Source of the DNA: Bugula neritina
Taxonomy: Eukaryota > Animalia > Bryozoa
Length of the DNA: 64,000 nt
NCBI GenBank assembly: GCA_964035545.1
Contig: OZ037769.1
Span: forward strand, 7,917,929-7,981,928
Reading direction: 5' to 3'
The number at the start of each line of letters is the position of its first letter. The stretch's first letter is position 1. The notes beneath the pieces are model-generated. The model did no database searches, was not told the DNA's origin, and was given only the letters and a program-made list of their open reading frames with translations. The position numbers and the translations under genes were made by a program. Positions 14,957 to 27,590 of this stretch are shown here, in pieces.

Positions 14957-17900
14957 ATGACCATGAGGATGCCGCAGTTCTTCTTTTGGAACAAAGTCAA
15001 TTCTGCTTTGTTAAGACCATCAACAAGAGTTTTTGGTTATCCTAGACATTTTTCTTTCTCTCGTGCACTTTTTGTCCAAAAATCTAAAGACTATTATAAA
15101 ATCTTAGGCGTTTCAAAAGATGCATCGCAAAAAGAAATTAGAACAGCTTATTTAGAAGTAAGTTTACATACTATATATTAAGAAATGTTTTATACATCAT
15201 AGTTTTAATTAGTTTATCTGCTTAGTGTTTATACTCATATGTGCATGATGATTGGATCTACGCAATTTTGTAGGTGTGACTAAAATGGGTGGCCACCCGG
15301 TGTCGCGGTCCGTGACACCCATTTTAGTCATAAGGGGGGTTTTGACTAAAATGGGTGTCACGAAAAATTTTCGTTTTATTTTCAGATTTTTAGACATTTG
15401 TGACTGCTGAAATTGTTTTTAAAGAAATCTTCAGTGAATAATTAACATTTCACAATCGTTTTAACAAAAAAAAAACATAAATAAATAATGATTACATTAA
15501 ATTAAGTTTAACAAAAATCAAAGTGGTCAAGAGCTATCTTTCCTCATCAAAAATTTAATTTTCTCTCAATTTTACTATTATCGTTATGATTATAGACACG
15601 TTAACTTAGAAAACATATTCTTTAAACCAGCCATGCTCAACCTGTGGCCTTTTGACTTTTGGCGGCCTTTTGACTTTTGGCGGCCTTTTGAGCTGGTAAA
15701 TGTGACCGTTTGGTCTCTTAGTAAAATACAAATTTAGCTCAGTTTCAATCCTTCCTAAATTTTGCTTTTCACTAATTCCCAAGTTTACTATATGGATCAT
15801 GACTGCTAGTATATATTGATGTGAACAGTTATTCTCTCGAATGGGGTATGCCAAAAGTAAATTCAGATTGAGACTAACGGACTCCTATCTGGCCAATATT
15901 CTTCACATATCGGCATCGGACACTAAACCAAATTATCAAACCATACTGTGCTCTGTTCAATGTACAAAAAATGCTTACTTTCCTGAACAAATTAAGTTAT
16001 TCCCCTGGATCTTTTCATAACAAAATAAATACATATAAATTTGAAACTAGGCTTTAATTAGGGATAGAGGAGGGTTTTGACAGTGAAATTGTCACTGAAT
16101 TTTCTAGTGGCCTTTTTGGTGGCTCAGGCTTTTTTTTGCGGCCTTTTCCCAAAAAAGGTTGAGCACCCATGCTTTAAACTATTAAAAACGCTGTGAGCAA
16201 TATTAACAAACAAAAATGTCTACAAAATGTGAAAATAAAACGAAAATTGTTCGCGACACCCATTTTAGTCATAAGGGGGGGTTTTGACTAAAATGGGTGT
16301 CGCGGACCTCGACACCGGGTGGCCACCCATTTTAGTCACACCCCAATTTTGTTGATGAAAATAAATCGATTCTGGGATGAAAAAGCTACACCTCATGGAT
16401 TGAAATCCCACAGCAAGTGAAATATAACGTTCGACTTACTTGACAGTCAGTTTAAGAGTGCCGGCTCCTCGTGGTTTACTTGTTTCCGTAGTCTAGTTTC
16501 CAAGCCAGCTGGTAGGCTGGTCGTTAATCCGATCGCTGGTAAGGCGAGTCAGTCCGGTTTCCAATGACGTCTAGTTAGCGTCTGTTAACCTGCTAATACT
16601 ATCAGCTACATTATATTCCATGCCCCCCTTTTGGGGAGAATATAATTAAGAACATCATGGAGGATATTAATAAGGGTAGACTGAAGTAGTAGCATTTCCT
16701 TTGTTAGGAAGGTTACTCAAGGTCATAAAGAGGAACTCATGAGATACCTACCTTTACCCAAACTTCTACCTCAAAGTTCACAATTAAGCTTTAAGCCACA
16801 CCATGGAATGATATTAACCTTATCCGTTAGTTCAGCAAGCGAGCTTGTTAGGTTTCATACCAACAGGGAAGTGAGGTTTTAGGGTTAGATATAGACTTAC
16901 CTTGTTGGTATTAACTAAGCGTTACTGATTGCCAGGGTCAGACCAGTCCTTGGTCTTTCCTCCACCACCATAATCGATGGTCTCCTGGCCATCAACATCT
17001 GGCTCTTTCTCCTCCGTCGACACGACGTTACCAGTTGGTGAATGAACACCAACCTCTGGGCTACCTGGTTTCAGACTAGCGTCATCGACCGTATCGCCCT
17101 GTCCCTCAGTTGGTTCTCCACCTGAGTGGGTCCCCAAAATGCCACCAGAGTGGACTTTAACCTGACCACTAGAGTGATCGTTGAACCTGATCACTAAGGT
17201 GATCGTTGTTAGCACCACCAGGGTGGGCTAACGGCTTGCCACCGAGGTGGACTTCCCGCATAGCCGCTTTACCAGGTGTTTGACCTAGGTCGCCCACCGG
17301 TAATTTCTCCGCAATCGCACTAGGTACCTCTGTTGGTACCTCCTCCTCCTCACCATCGGTCTCCATATCCTCCTGCACATCCTTAAGCTGGGCCAGGATT
17401 GACTGCAGCTTGGAATGGTTTCGCAAGGTGCGTAGTGCCTCTTTTTCCCTCTTTGCCAACTCAGCCATCTTAGCCTCATGGCGCCTCATCTCCATTTCTC
17501 GCTCCTTTTTCACAATCTCTATCTGGAGTTTGAGGTCCTCCTCCTTGAAGTTGCTGAAACTCTCTATAAAAGAGCCAATGTTAGCATGTGTACTGGTGAC
17601 TGGCTTACCTTTGGTCGTCAGGTTACTGACTGCAGAAGCATAGCTTCGTGTAGTGCTCTGCAACCTTGCCACCTTAGCGGGTTCAGGACCCGTGGGTGTG
17701 GTTGTCGTCCTGATCTCCTCCGCCGATCTTTTGACTGAGGTGGTTGTGAATGTCCTACCACCTAGAGGGCATTCCTCCACCTGGTGTTCGGTGCTGTGGC
17801 ACCACCTGCACTGGGTGTTACGGGGGCAGTCCCTAGCCCAGTGGCCATGTTCGCGGCACTTGTGGCAGAAGTGTCCCGGACATTGGGCCGCTATGTGGTC

Positions 17901-20900
17901 CCTCTTGGCTCTGCAGAGCATGCAGCTCAGTTTGCCTCTGTTGCCATACAGCACCCTTCTAGGCTGATCGTCCCTTGTGATGACTACTGCAGTGACAGTA
18001 GTCTCTTTCCCATCTTTCTTCACCAAGTATGACTTGGTGGTTCTTGTACCTTCCCCTGAGTCGGTAGACTCCCCTCTTGCCACAGGCTTCTCCCTCTTCC
18101 CTTTCTTCTTTTTCACCTTTCACTCCTGATCATCGTTACCTCGTTCTTCGCTCATGTTTCTAAAACATAGTGAAAAACAATCAATAATACACATAATCAT
18201 CAAACCTTTTATTCCTAATCTGCCTTCCGCTCCTGGTGACGACAGCAGCCTGCTCTTCGTCAGTTTCCACCACTTCCTCTGGATCTGCAGTTCCAGCTCC
18301 GACCTCCTCAGAAAAAGAGGTGCCATCATCGAGCGTATGTGACACTTCCTCTAGGGAGGTTTCAACTGAGTCGGCTGGGCCACCCAGTTGGGGATCCGAC
18401 CTGTCGTACTCGAACTCCTTGGATGCTGTAGGAGTATCGCTCTCCTTGGCCTCAGGAAGGTTAGTTGGTAACAACCTGAGATGCTTCCTGTTCCTCCTGA
18501 TCTCACTTAAGCCTACTTTTACCCAGTAGCTATCTGGGGTATTGTGTTTCCCAAGAATAATCCCTTCAGCCCCGCTATCAGTAGGTGCTTTAACCCAAAC
18601 TGTGTCTCCTGGCTCCAACTCCTGGAGCTCTTTTGCTCTATGTTTCCTGTCGTGTTGGACCTTAGCCGTTTCCTTGAGTTCAAGGTCACGATGTTCGAAG
18701 TCATCGTAATCTACTCTATTATTCCTAGGGGTGCCCAGCGGTGTCCTCACTGAACGACCGAACATAAGCTCATTAGGAGAATACCCCGAAGCTAGGGGGG
18801 GTTGTTCGGTACGCCATAAGGGCTGAGTCCTTATCCGCGGACTTTTTCCAAAGTCTCTTGACGGTCTTGACGGCCCCTTCAGCCATACCATTAGATTCCG
18901 GGTATCGGGGGCTGCTTGTCACCAGCCTGAATCCAAAGTTCTTAGCGAACTTTAGGAACTCATCGCAATTATAGCAGGGGCCATTGTCTGACCTTACTAC
19001 TTTTGGGATACCTAGCCTTGAGTAAATGTACTTCATGGCCTGTATAACCGCCAGGGCGGCCTGCCTATGTATGTGTACCGTCTCTATCCACCTAGTGTAA
19101 TAATCTATTACAACCAAGTATAGCTCACCATCTAAAGTGAAGATATCCGAGCCAACCACCTCCCAGGGGCCACTAGGTAGCTCCATCTCATGTTGGGGTT
19201 GGTGTTTGACCTGACCATGGATGATACAAGTGCTACACTTTTCCACATAATGTTGAATATCAAAGCTCAACCCTGGCCACCAAAACTGTCGTTGTGCTCG
19301 CCTACGACACTTAGTGATACCTTGATGACCTTCGTGACACAACTCTAAATAGTTGCCCCTGAGCATTTGAGGGATGTAAACCCTGGCATCATAGTAGAGC
19401 AAGCCGTCTATGACGGTCAGGCGATGCCGACACCCATATAGTCGTCTGAACTCGTTGGGTGCTTCTTCTGGGTAGCTGGGAGGCCACCCATTAACTAGAT
19501 ACCCTGTAACTAGATGATAAAACTCATCATCTGCAACCGCCTTTTGAATTTCCTCGAGGCGGCAATCGGAGTACAGAGAGCTATCTACGATAGCCCTAAC
19601 ATACTCTTCCACTGCTAAGGTTTCTGCTTTATCGTGATCCGTGGAACCATCAAACCCTGAGCAGGGCCTACTCAAGGCATCTGCTAAATACATTTTACTA
19701 CCAGGGGTGTGAAATATTTCAAAATCGTACCTCATAAGCCGTAGCTTAAACCTCTGCACCCTAATTGGTAAACTAGTTAGATCCTTTTCGCCTAATATAG
19801 GGACTAATGGCTTGTGGTCAGTCTCCACTTCAAACTTCCTACCTACCAAATAGTAATCAAACTTCTCGCAAGCCCATGTGGTTGCCAAGGCCTCTTTTTC
19901 TATCATAGCATACCTAGTCTCTGCCTCGGATAACTTCCTAGAGGCATACACTACAGGTTGCCAGTGTTTCCCATTCAACTGCAAAAGCACTGCGCCTATA
20001 GCGTAGCTACTAGAGTCTGCAGAGACTCTGTGTTTGCTTTTCGCGTCGAAGTTGCATAGTATAGGAGCTTTGGAAAGTTCCCCTTTTATATCCTCAAAAG
20101 CCTTGGCTTGGTCTGGACCCCAGTACCAGTCGCTCTTGTTACCTGTTACAGCATGGATTGGCAGACATAACCCCGCAAGTCTAGAGCTAAACTTGCTTAG
20201 GTAGTTAACCATACCTGTGAACCTTCTACCCTCCTTTTTGTTACGAGGAGGGTTCAACTCTAGGATGGCTCTAACCTTCTCTGGATCAGGTTTGATGCCA
20301 GCCGCACTGACTACATGGCCCATGAACTTGACTTCTGAGCAGCCAAACTCGCATTTCTCCTTTTTCAGGGTCATTCCTGAAGTTGTTATCCTGTCTAAAA
20401 CTTTACCCAATCTAGCCCAATGTTCGGCTGGTGTAGCGCCGAACACTAATACGTCGTCCATCATACATATCACGCCCTCCAAACCAAGCAGTATTTTTTC
20501 CATGGCTCGTTGGAAAAACTCTGGGGCTGAGGAAATGCCAAATGGCATCCTATTGAAACAAAACCTACCCCAAGGGGTTACAAAAGTGGTGTACAGTTTA
20601 CTGGTCTCGTGAATCTTTATCTGCCAAAACCCTGAATTTGCATCTAATTTAGAAAACATAGTGCCTTCTGCTAGATGTGTCAGCATGTCAGAGATCCTAG
20701 GTAAGGGGTATACTTCCCGTTTGACACTTTTGTTAGGCATTGTTAGGTCAATACACATCCTTATCTTACCACCGGGTTTAGGGGCTATGGTCAGGCCCGA
20801 GCACCAATCAGTTGGTTGCTCCACCGGTTCTATGATACCTAATTTAATCATGTTGTTTATCTCAGCCTTAGCCTGATCTCTCAGACCTACAGGAATAGGT

Positions 20901-23900
20901 CGGGGAGAGAATAGACGCTTAGGTTGCGCATCTTCGTAGAGATTAATCTTAAATATACCGGGCATTGTTCCCAACCCGCTAAATAGCTGGGGGTACCTCT
21001 GGAGAGGATCAAACTCTGCCTTACTTACCGCGTTGACGACTGCCAACAAACTTAAATTTTTCAGTTCCCTCAAGCCCAAAAGGTTTGACTTGGACCCTTT
21101 GAGAACATATAAGCAAGCACTAGTTTTCTTGAGCTTACTTTCTAAAAGAACCTCAGCTTTCCCTATGACAGAGAGCTGCGAGTTGTCAGCACCTGTTAAA
21201 ACTTTATCACTCTTGCAGAGATTAAGTGCCAAGGTTTTACAAGTGTTTTCAGTGATAGTAGACACCTCTGCTCCTGTATCTAAAACAAACTCTATACTTT
21301 TACCTTCTACCTTGAGATGTTGCTTTAGTGCGTCAACACCGCCATATAGTCAGCTGCTATTAAACCTAACTTTACTTGATCTAGTGTTCCTCTCCCGAGA
21401 ACTGTCTCTCTCTTCCTTGGGGGATCTCCACGAGAGATGGTTTCCCCTGTTTGCCGTCTACTCCCTGTCAGAGCTGCTGTTCCTTAAGCTTCTATAGCTA
21501 CCTCTTGGAGACTCATGTCTCATTCTGCGGGACCTACGCATTTTGCAATTCTTTGCGATGTGAGCAGGTTGTCCACACACATAACACCTAATTTCTGGAC
21601 AATTCCTGGCCATGTGATCTGGTTTATAGCAGATGTAACATAGACCATCTGAACTGCCATTACTGCTTTCACTGCTCATTCTCCGTCTCCTGTAGTCTGG
21701 GGACTTGTGTCGAGGATAATCTCGGCTGCTGTCCCTTGACCTGTATCTGTCTCCTTGGCTATCTCTATATCTTTCTCTGGAATTACCTCTGAACTTGTCC
21801 CTAGAACTTTCTCTATACCTGTTAGACTTAGGGCTCATTGAGCTCTTTCTATATTTGCGACTGTCCCTTTCATCGTAATAGCTAGACCTATTAGGTGATC
21901 CTCCACCCATTCTCTTACCTGGTTTGGTTCTGACTTCAGCCACTTTTGCTGAACTATCTACATTACTAGAACCGCCTGATCTAGCCTCTGAGACCACTAT
22001 GTTGGACTCTTTAGCAATGCTTTTAGTCTTCAAAGTGTCAGACAGTGTTTTCCAGGTAATGTTTTCATCCACCATGAGTTGACGCCTGACTGACTCATCT
22101 CTCAACCCTACTACAGCCATGCTAATGGCAAATCTTTCCCTGAGATTCTCAACGTTTGCTCCTTCTACAAAGCCTAACTTCCTGCTGTGTTTTTCAACAC
22201 GTAGTAAGTACTCCAGTTCATCCTCACCACAAGTCTGAGATAAGGTGGCTGCCTTGACCCAAGCCACATGAATGTTTTCAGTCTTTTCATAGTGGCCTTT
22301 CAACAGTTTCCGCGCTTCATCATGAGCACCATTATCATTCCTCTCAAGATCGAAACCCAGTGATTGCAGAACATCAATGCCACTGTCTCCAATAGCATTG
22401 AGCAGAGCAAGAAACTTGGTTTCGCCTCTAAACCTGTTGGCAGTGTCTCCTGAGACTGTTTCAGTACCCATTTCGAGAGTTGCTAAGCGAACTGCCAGGT
22501 TATACTTTACTACCCATTTCTTGAAACTATCACTCTGATTATCGGAGCTCAAAACTAACTTAGGAAACCGATTGAGGTCGGTGAACCTAGTGTTAATTGC
22601 CATTATGATCTGAATGTGAGCGTGATATAAAATTTAAAATTTTAGTTATCACTATCAGTATCAGAAAGCTCGATAATTCTTAGTTAATCCTTATACCTAA
22701 TATTAAATTTAATTTAATCAAATTTAATATTTTAACCGAATTACGAATAATAATAACGATATTCCACTAGCCACTTCTCTAAATTTTACTCTAAATACAA
22801 TCTACCCCTCAACTCTCACCAGCACCTCAAACTCTAAATCAAAATCAAAATGAAAATCACTCTCCCTCACGATATCTCTAAATAGCCTTAACTCTTATTT
22901 ATACTCTCACTCGTTACTCCTCAAATAATTGTTATTTTAATCTCTCTGAATAAACTCTCCTCTATTGCTGATAATCTCTCTGCTGCTCTCGACTGTCAGT
23001 ATCCTGCCGACTGCGCCATGAAATATAACGTTCGACTTACTTGACAGTCAGTTTAAGAGTGCCGGCTCCTCGTGGTTTACTTGTTTCCGTAGTCTAGTTT
23101 CCAAGCCAGCTGGTAGGCTGGTCGTTAATCCGATTGCTGGTAAGGCGAGTCAGTCCGGTTTCCAATGACGTCTAGTTAGCGTCTGCTAACCTGCTAATAC
23201 TATCAGCTACATTATATTCCAGCAAGAAAAGGGCACAAAGTTGGATCAGAATTGCTGCTTGAATATTACATAACTGACCCAAATGAATTTCGAACACGAT
23301 GTAATGTGTAGCTCTCTTACATACTACATAGTTTTCTGCATTAAGTATGAATATAGCACAACGGATTAAATCACTCAATTGGTCATATTTTTATTGAACA
23401 GGATAGCAATTCATTTTGAATAGCTACATTAAATTACAATTTATTTCAGCGCGTTGACTAATTATTACTCAAGTCAATTAAACAGAAAATTTTCAAATAA
23501 TTTTTTTTTTTACTTATTGTATAATGCAAAATCGAAGACATTCTCCTGAGTAGCAGATTTTATTAGCAAGAGTTTTATTTCCCACTCGCTGTGTTTTAAG
23601 CATTGCGATAATTCATAAATTTGCTGAAAGTCAATCAAAACTCACATAATTTGACTTCATAATGGTAATTTATTTGATGTGTTGTTAAGAGTAAATATGT
23701 AGTCCTGAATAGTTTTATTCAGGAAAAAATACTGGTTTTGAAACATTTGGTAGAGACTGTAGTTATTTTAGTAGTGTAAGTATAGTTTAATAATTATTCT
23801 AGCGGCATACATGCAGTATTTACTCTTATATATGTAATAGACAGTACTTTGCCCCTGCTTTACATATGAAATAGCAAGATAGTTAAAACACCTTTATTAG

Positions 23901-24934
23901 AACAATCCTCAAAAATAGATAATTTATCTACATTATAATATTATGATGACCCAAACACTAACTTATCTGGATTTTGATAATCAGTATAGACTATAGTACA
24001 TGCTTATTTCCCATGACTAATTTAAAATTGATAATACGCCTTATGTTAGGGCTGCACCGTTCTAGTTTAGTAACCATTACAGGCTGCGAAAAAACTCCAC
24101 CCGGATGTAGCTGGTAACACTGATGAGAGAAACACTAAGCTGTTTCATGATGTAAAGGAAGCATTTGATACGTTGGGAAATGCAGAGAGGAAGACTAGAT
24201 ATGATATGTCATATCTAGGTTATCAGAGACAGATGTACAGGCGTGACAGGTAAGGGAACAGCTGGCTCTATGGTGTCTCTGTAGATGTATTTGTAATTTT
24301 ACAGCCATTTGCAGACATTTTTTATGAAGTGAACTTTCATACTATTTTCTCACTGTGACTGCCTAATGCTTGTTATTTAGATGGCTGCCTGCTTCAAATA
24401 TGGCAGTTTTTGCAGTCATTAAATTAATTTTTATGCAGGCATATAATAACTGTTGGATGATAGTATAATCAATACTTTATTTTTCTTCCATCAGTCATCA
24501 TGAGGGTTGCGACTTAAACTTGTCTGCTCATCATTTTTAGGTTTTTGCAGTTTATATTCTAATTCAGGTATTCACATTCTGTAAGGAAATGGAATCGAGA
24601 AACTGGAGGGTTTGACAGTATTAATAGAAATCCAGCGTAAGTATTTTATGCATATAGTACTATGTATAAATATCTCTCACAGTTCTCAGTATCGCACTCT
24701 TTATTCTCTGTTATAATTGACTGCCACATTTTAAATTACTGTTAGTAGAATTATACTATTTTAAAAAAAAGGACGCTATATAAAGTAATATATATTTTGG
24801 TGGTAATATCTTGTAGTGACGATCATTTTGGCAGAGAGGACACCACACCATATACCAATGCTGAGTACGCGACCTTTTTATACTGCTCACTAGTAACTGT
24901 TGCTGCCTTATATGTCATGTATTCATTTTGGTAG
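14957..24934 (+). CDS. DnaJ (Hsp40) class C protein with presequence-like N-terminus and C-terminal TM (DNAJC4/DNAJC30-like)
   Basis: Exons 14957-15157 (KDYYKILGVSKDASQKEIRTAYLE), 24083-24249 (AAKKLHPDV...AFDTLGN..RK..YD), 24568-24637, 24817-24934. The first coding intron holds MITEs and the Gypsy element. Confidence 0.85.
15272..16343. mobile_element. MITE with long TIRs and 9-bp TSD (Mutator-like)
   Basis: TIR GGTGTGACTAAAATGGGTGGCCACCCGGTGTCG...; TSD CAATTTTGT; second copy at 52059. Confidence 0.88.
15628..16171. mobile_element. hAT-like MITE nested in the Mutator-like MITE
   Basis: Imperfect TIR CAnnnnTGCTCAACCT, 8-bp TSD CTTTAAAC, subterminal GGCCTTTT repeats; absent from the 52059 copy. 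Confidence 0.85.
16621..16632 (-). other. Polypurine tract of the Gypsy element
   Basis: AAAAGGGGGGCA directly before the 3' LTR on the minus strand. Confidence 0.85.
16922..18155 (-). pseudogene. Gypsy accessory ORF3: three CCHC zinc knuckles, coiled coil, His octarepeats (one in-frame stop, one frameshift)
   Basis: ATG 18155 (MSEERGNDDQE) is in frame with ORF 17169..18116 across TGA 18120-18122. A 1-nt insertion near 17184 links it to ORF 16922..17218. Confidence 0.75.
18181..21349 (-). CDS. Gypsy pol (protease, RT, RNase H, integrase); 1-nt frameshift in G7 run 18795-18801
   Basis: LDTGA protease; LDANSGFWQI and MMDD RT; DSSSYAIGAVL/TDHKPL RNase H; HHCC and SDNGP...SNGMAE integrase. C-terminus continues in ORF 18181..18891. 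Confidence 0.95.
21350..22603 (-). CDS. Gypsy gag with two CCHC zinc knuckles and RS-rich region
   Basis: ORF 21458..22603 (CYICYKPDHMARNC, CYVCGQPAHIAKNC); the frame stays open past TAG 21458 to TGA 21350. Confidence 0.9.
23001..23018 (-). other. Primer-binding site, tRNA-Ser type
   Basis: TGGCGCAGTCGGCAGGAT immediately after the 5' LTR; complements a tRNA-Ser-like 3' end (recalled, not searched). Confidence 0.8.
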
Positions 24935-26119
24935 CAGGGAGAAGTTGTAATTGATTAGATAGTATCAAAATTTACTTCCATTAGGTAATTTTATATAGAA
25001 ATATTTATGATATTTTTTTAAAATCCATGCTTTCCTCCATATGGAATATTAATTATAATACAATGCTGTGTTTTGTGTACATTTTTGTTGAGTTTTTAAT
25101 CAAATACAATGTGACACCCTCACAAGTTGTTCATGCACAGCACTTATTTGTTAATCAAAGGTAAATACTATATTACCCCTTCAACTTTTTCTAAATAAGT
25201 AATGGTAAACATATTGTATAGAGCTAGTACCACTGCAATTCCTATTCTGATAGTCTACAATGATGGATTTACTCTCAATTTCTTTGTTTTTATTACTTTA
25301 GTATCTGGCAGACCCATCAACATAATATGTTGCATAATAACAGTTATGAACGCTATATCATGGGTTATGTGTACCATACATCTTTGAATTTTGAAATATT
25401 GTTACTGTAATGTTGCTGGATGATCAGACTGCTAAAGTAGCTGTAGGATAATGGTTGTAAACGAGTATGCCCCTACATACACTAATTTTTTTAATAAACT
25501 GTAAAATCATGAAAGCATTTTATGAAAACAGTGAGCTATTTTTTGGTAGAATAATTGTATAGCTTTAAATTATGACTATGGATAACCGGTTTGGATTTTT
25601 AGCGGAGATAATTACCAATATTCCTAACACCTGCAACAATAATACATTTCAGTTGTAAGTAATTAACCTATAAATTGACGTTAGCCTAATAACTTTTCCC
25701 TCATTGAACTGTGCGAGATGCATAATATATTTCAGCTAGCGGTCCCTTATCTTAGAATCCATGTGCCCGATGAACTGGAATTTACTTATAGTTTATTGTT
25801 CCAGCCAATGACATTCATTTCAGAGGCTGCTGCTTGGGAAGTCAAAAGATCGCTATAAGAAGCACGAAGGTGGGGGTCACCAGGTGCATCCGTAGTAAAA
25901 TTACCAACAACTCTGCACTCAGTCACTACTAATGCGATGCTGCTTGTGGCCATATTTATTAAGTTACCAGACGTAGATTAGCACTAGTTGATGGTGATGG
26001 TACTTAGTTTTATAGTGAGAGACACGATAAGAGTGACACCTACATTTTTGATAAGGTCAGTTTTATAAATAATTATTGATAACTGATTAGGCATGCACAT
26101 TTCACGTAAGTGTGAGTAT

Positions 26120-27320
26120 AAGTTTCATTCTCGTTGACCATAAGTATAAATGATAAGTCATAACCATAACCGTGATTCAGTTTCACTCATTCACTTTCAG
26201 ATTCAAACTGAAACTGGCAATCAATATCAATATAAATATTTTTATCATACTCTAATTCATTATGATTATCATATCAAATAAATAATTATTGATTATGATA
26301 ATTGTGATTGTGACTGCAACAATCAGTTAATCACAATGACAATCAATGAATCACCAATGATTGTTGATGATCATGATGTCGTACTAGTACTACTACGTCT
26401 ACTAGTACTAGTACTAGTACTAGTACTGCTGTACTATAACTATAAAACGTAATATCCACTGTACTGGTATTGCCATTGTGATTGTTATTCACTATTTATA
26501 TTTAAATAATAATTATTATTTATGTTTATAAATTGATAACATTCTTATTTTCCTATAGATTATAAAATATATTTATAATTATATGGCTCTATTTCTATTA
26601 GTAATATTAATACTAATAGTATTAATGATTGTATCAACATTGGTCTTAGATGATAACATTAGTGAATTTTAATTTTTAATAAATTCTATATCAATTTGAT
26701 TAAATTTGACATTTTAAATTTTATTGTTGAATTGACGATTATTTTGATATAAATATTTAATTTTATATAAATTATTTGAATATTATGATGGAGGTCAATA
26801 CAATTTAATGTTTATTGATTAATAGTTTTAGGCGATGAATTATACTTATAGTAAAACTAAGAGAGAGAGTAACTCAACCAGTGTTTAGATACTAAGTCTA
26901 ATACTAGTAGCAAATGTAGTATTAATGCTAATAGTAATATTAATAGTCAATTTGAATAATTGATAAGTATTACTATTTGTATTAGTACCATTACTATTAG
27001 TAATACTGTCACTAAAAAGTGTATGAGACTTAGTATTGCTATTACTATTAGCATTATTATTAGTACAACTGCAAGTATATTAGTATTACTAATTTTCATT
27101 TAGTATAATTTTATTGCTTATTGATTCACTAATTGGTGAATTACATCACTTATTATAAAAGTTTTATAATCATAGTCATAATGTTATCATTGATTAGACT
27201 AAGATTTGGTTTATTACTATCAGTATGATTATGCTATTGAATTCAATAATCATTAGACCTTATGGCTTAGTATTTGATATATACTGCAACAAAAAAGTAC
27301 TAATAATAATAGTAATACTA
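26120..27320. repeat. Low-complexity / (TAGTAC)n domain in the putative first intron of the C9orf72 homolog
   Basis: Visible directly; lies between donor ~26056 and acceptor 27551. Confidence 0.7.
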
Positions 27321-27590
27321 ATACTAATAATATTACTATTAGTATTAGTTTTACCATTATTATTACCATAGATGTAATGATTGCAGTTAAATTAACTAAG
27401 ATTGAATGTTACTGACACTCAGCAATGTTTCAGTGTTATTCAGTCTAGAAGTAGATAGGAAGTTATTCATACTTAAATATATAAATTATTTTAAAGTGCA
27501 GAAAGTTGCAATATTTTGGGTTGAGCTTGTTATATGTTTTATATCTATCAGGTGATTTCATGCTGATGTATAAAACCTCAAGAAACTTGG

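Larger units (their letters stand above)
16418..23221 (-). mobile_element. Full-length Ty3/Gypsy LTR retrotransposon (Mag-type), 6804 bp
   Basis: 203-bp LTRs at 16418-16620 and 23019-23221 (TG..CA, 2 substitutions), 5-bp TSD GCAAG, PBS, PPT, gag-PR-RT-RH-IN order. Confidence 0.97.

Noticed and set aside
17169-18116. ORF3 as an env gene
   Set aside because: No signal peptide or TM segment; it has zinc knuckles instead
18795-18801. Programmed frameshift in integrase
   Set aside because: A 1-nt homopolymer gain inside the conserved YRTTPL..G.SP motif; mutation or sequencing error is simpler
17410-21497. Plus-strand ORFs antisense to Gypsy pol and ORF3
   Set aside because: Shadow frames of GC-richer coding DNA
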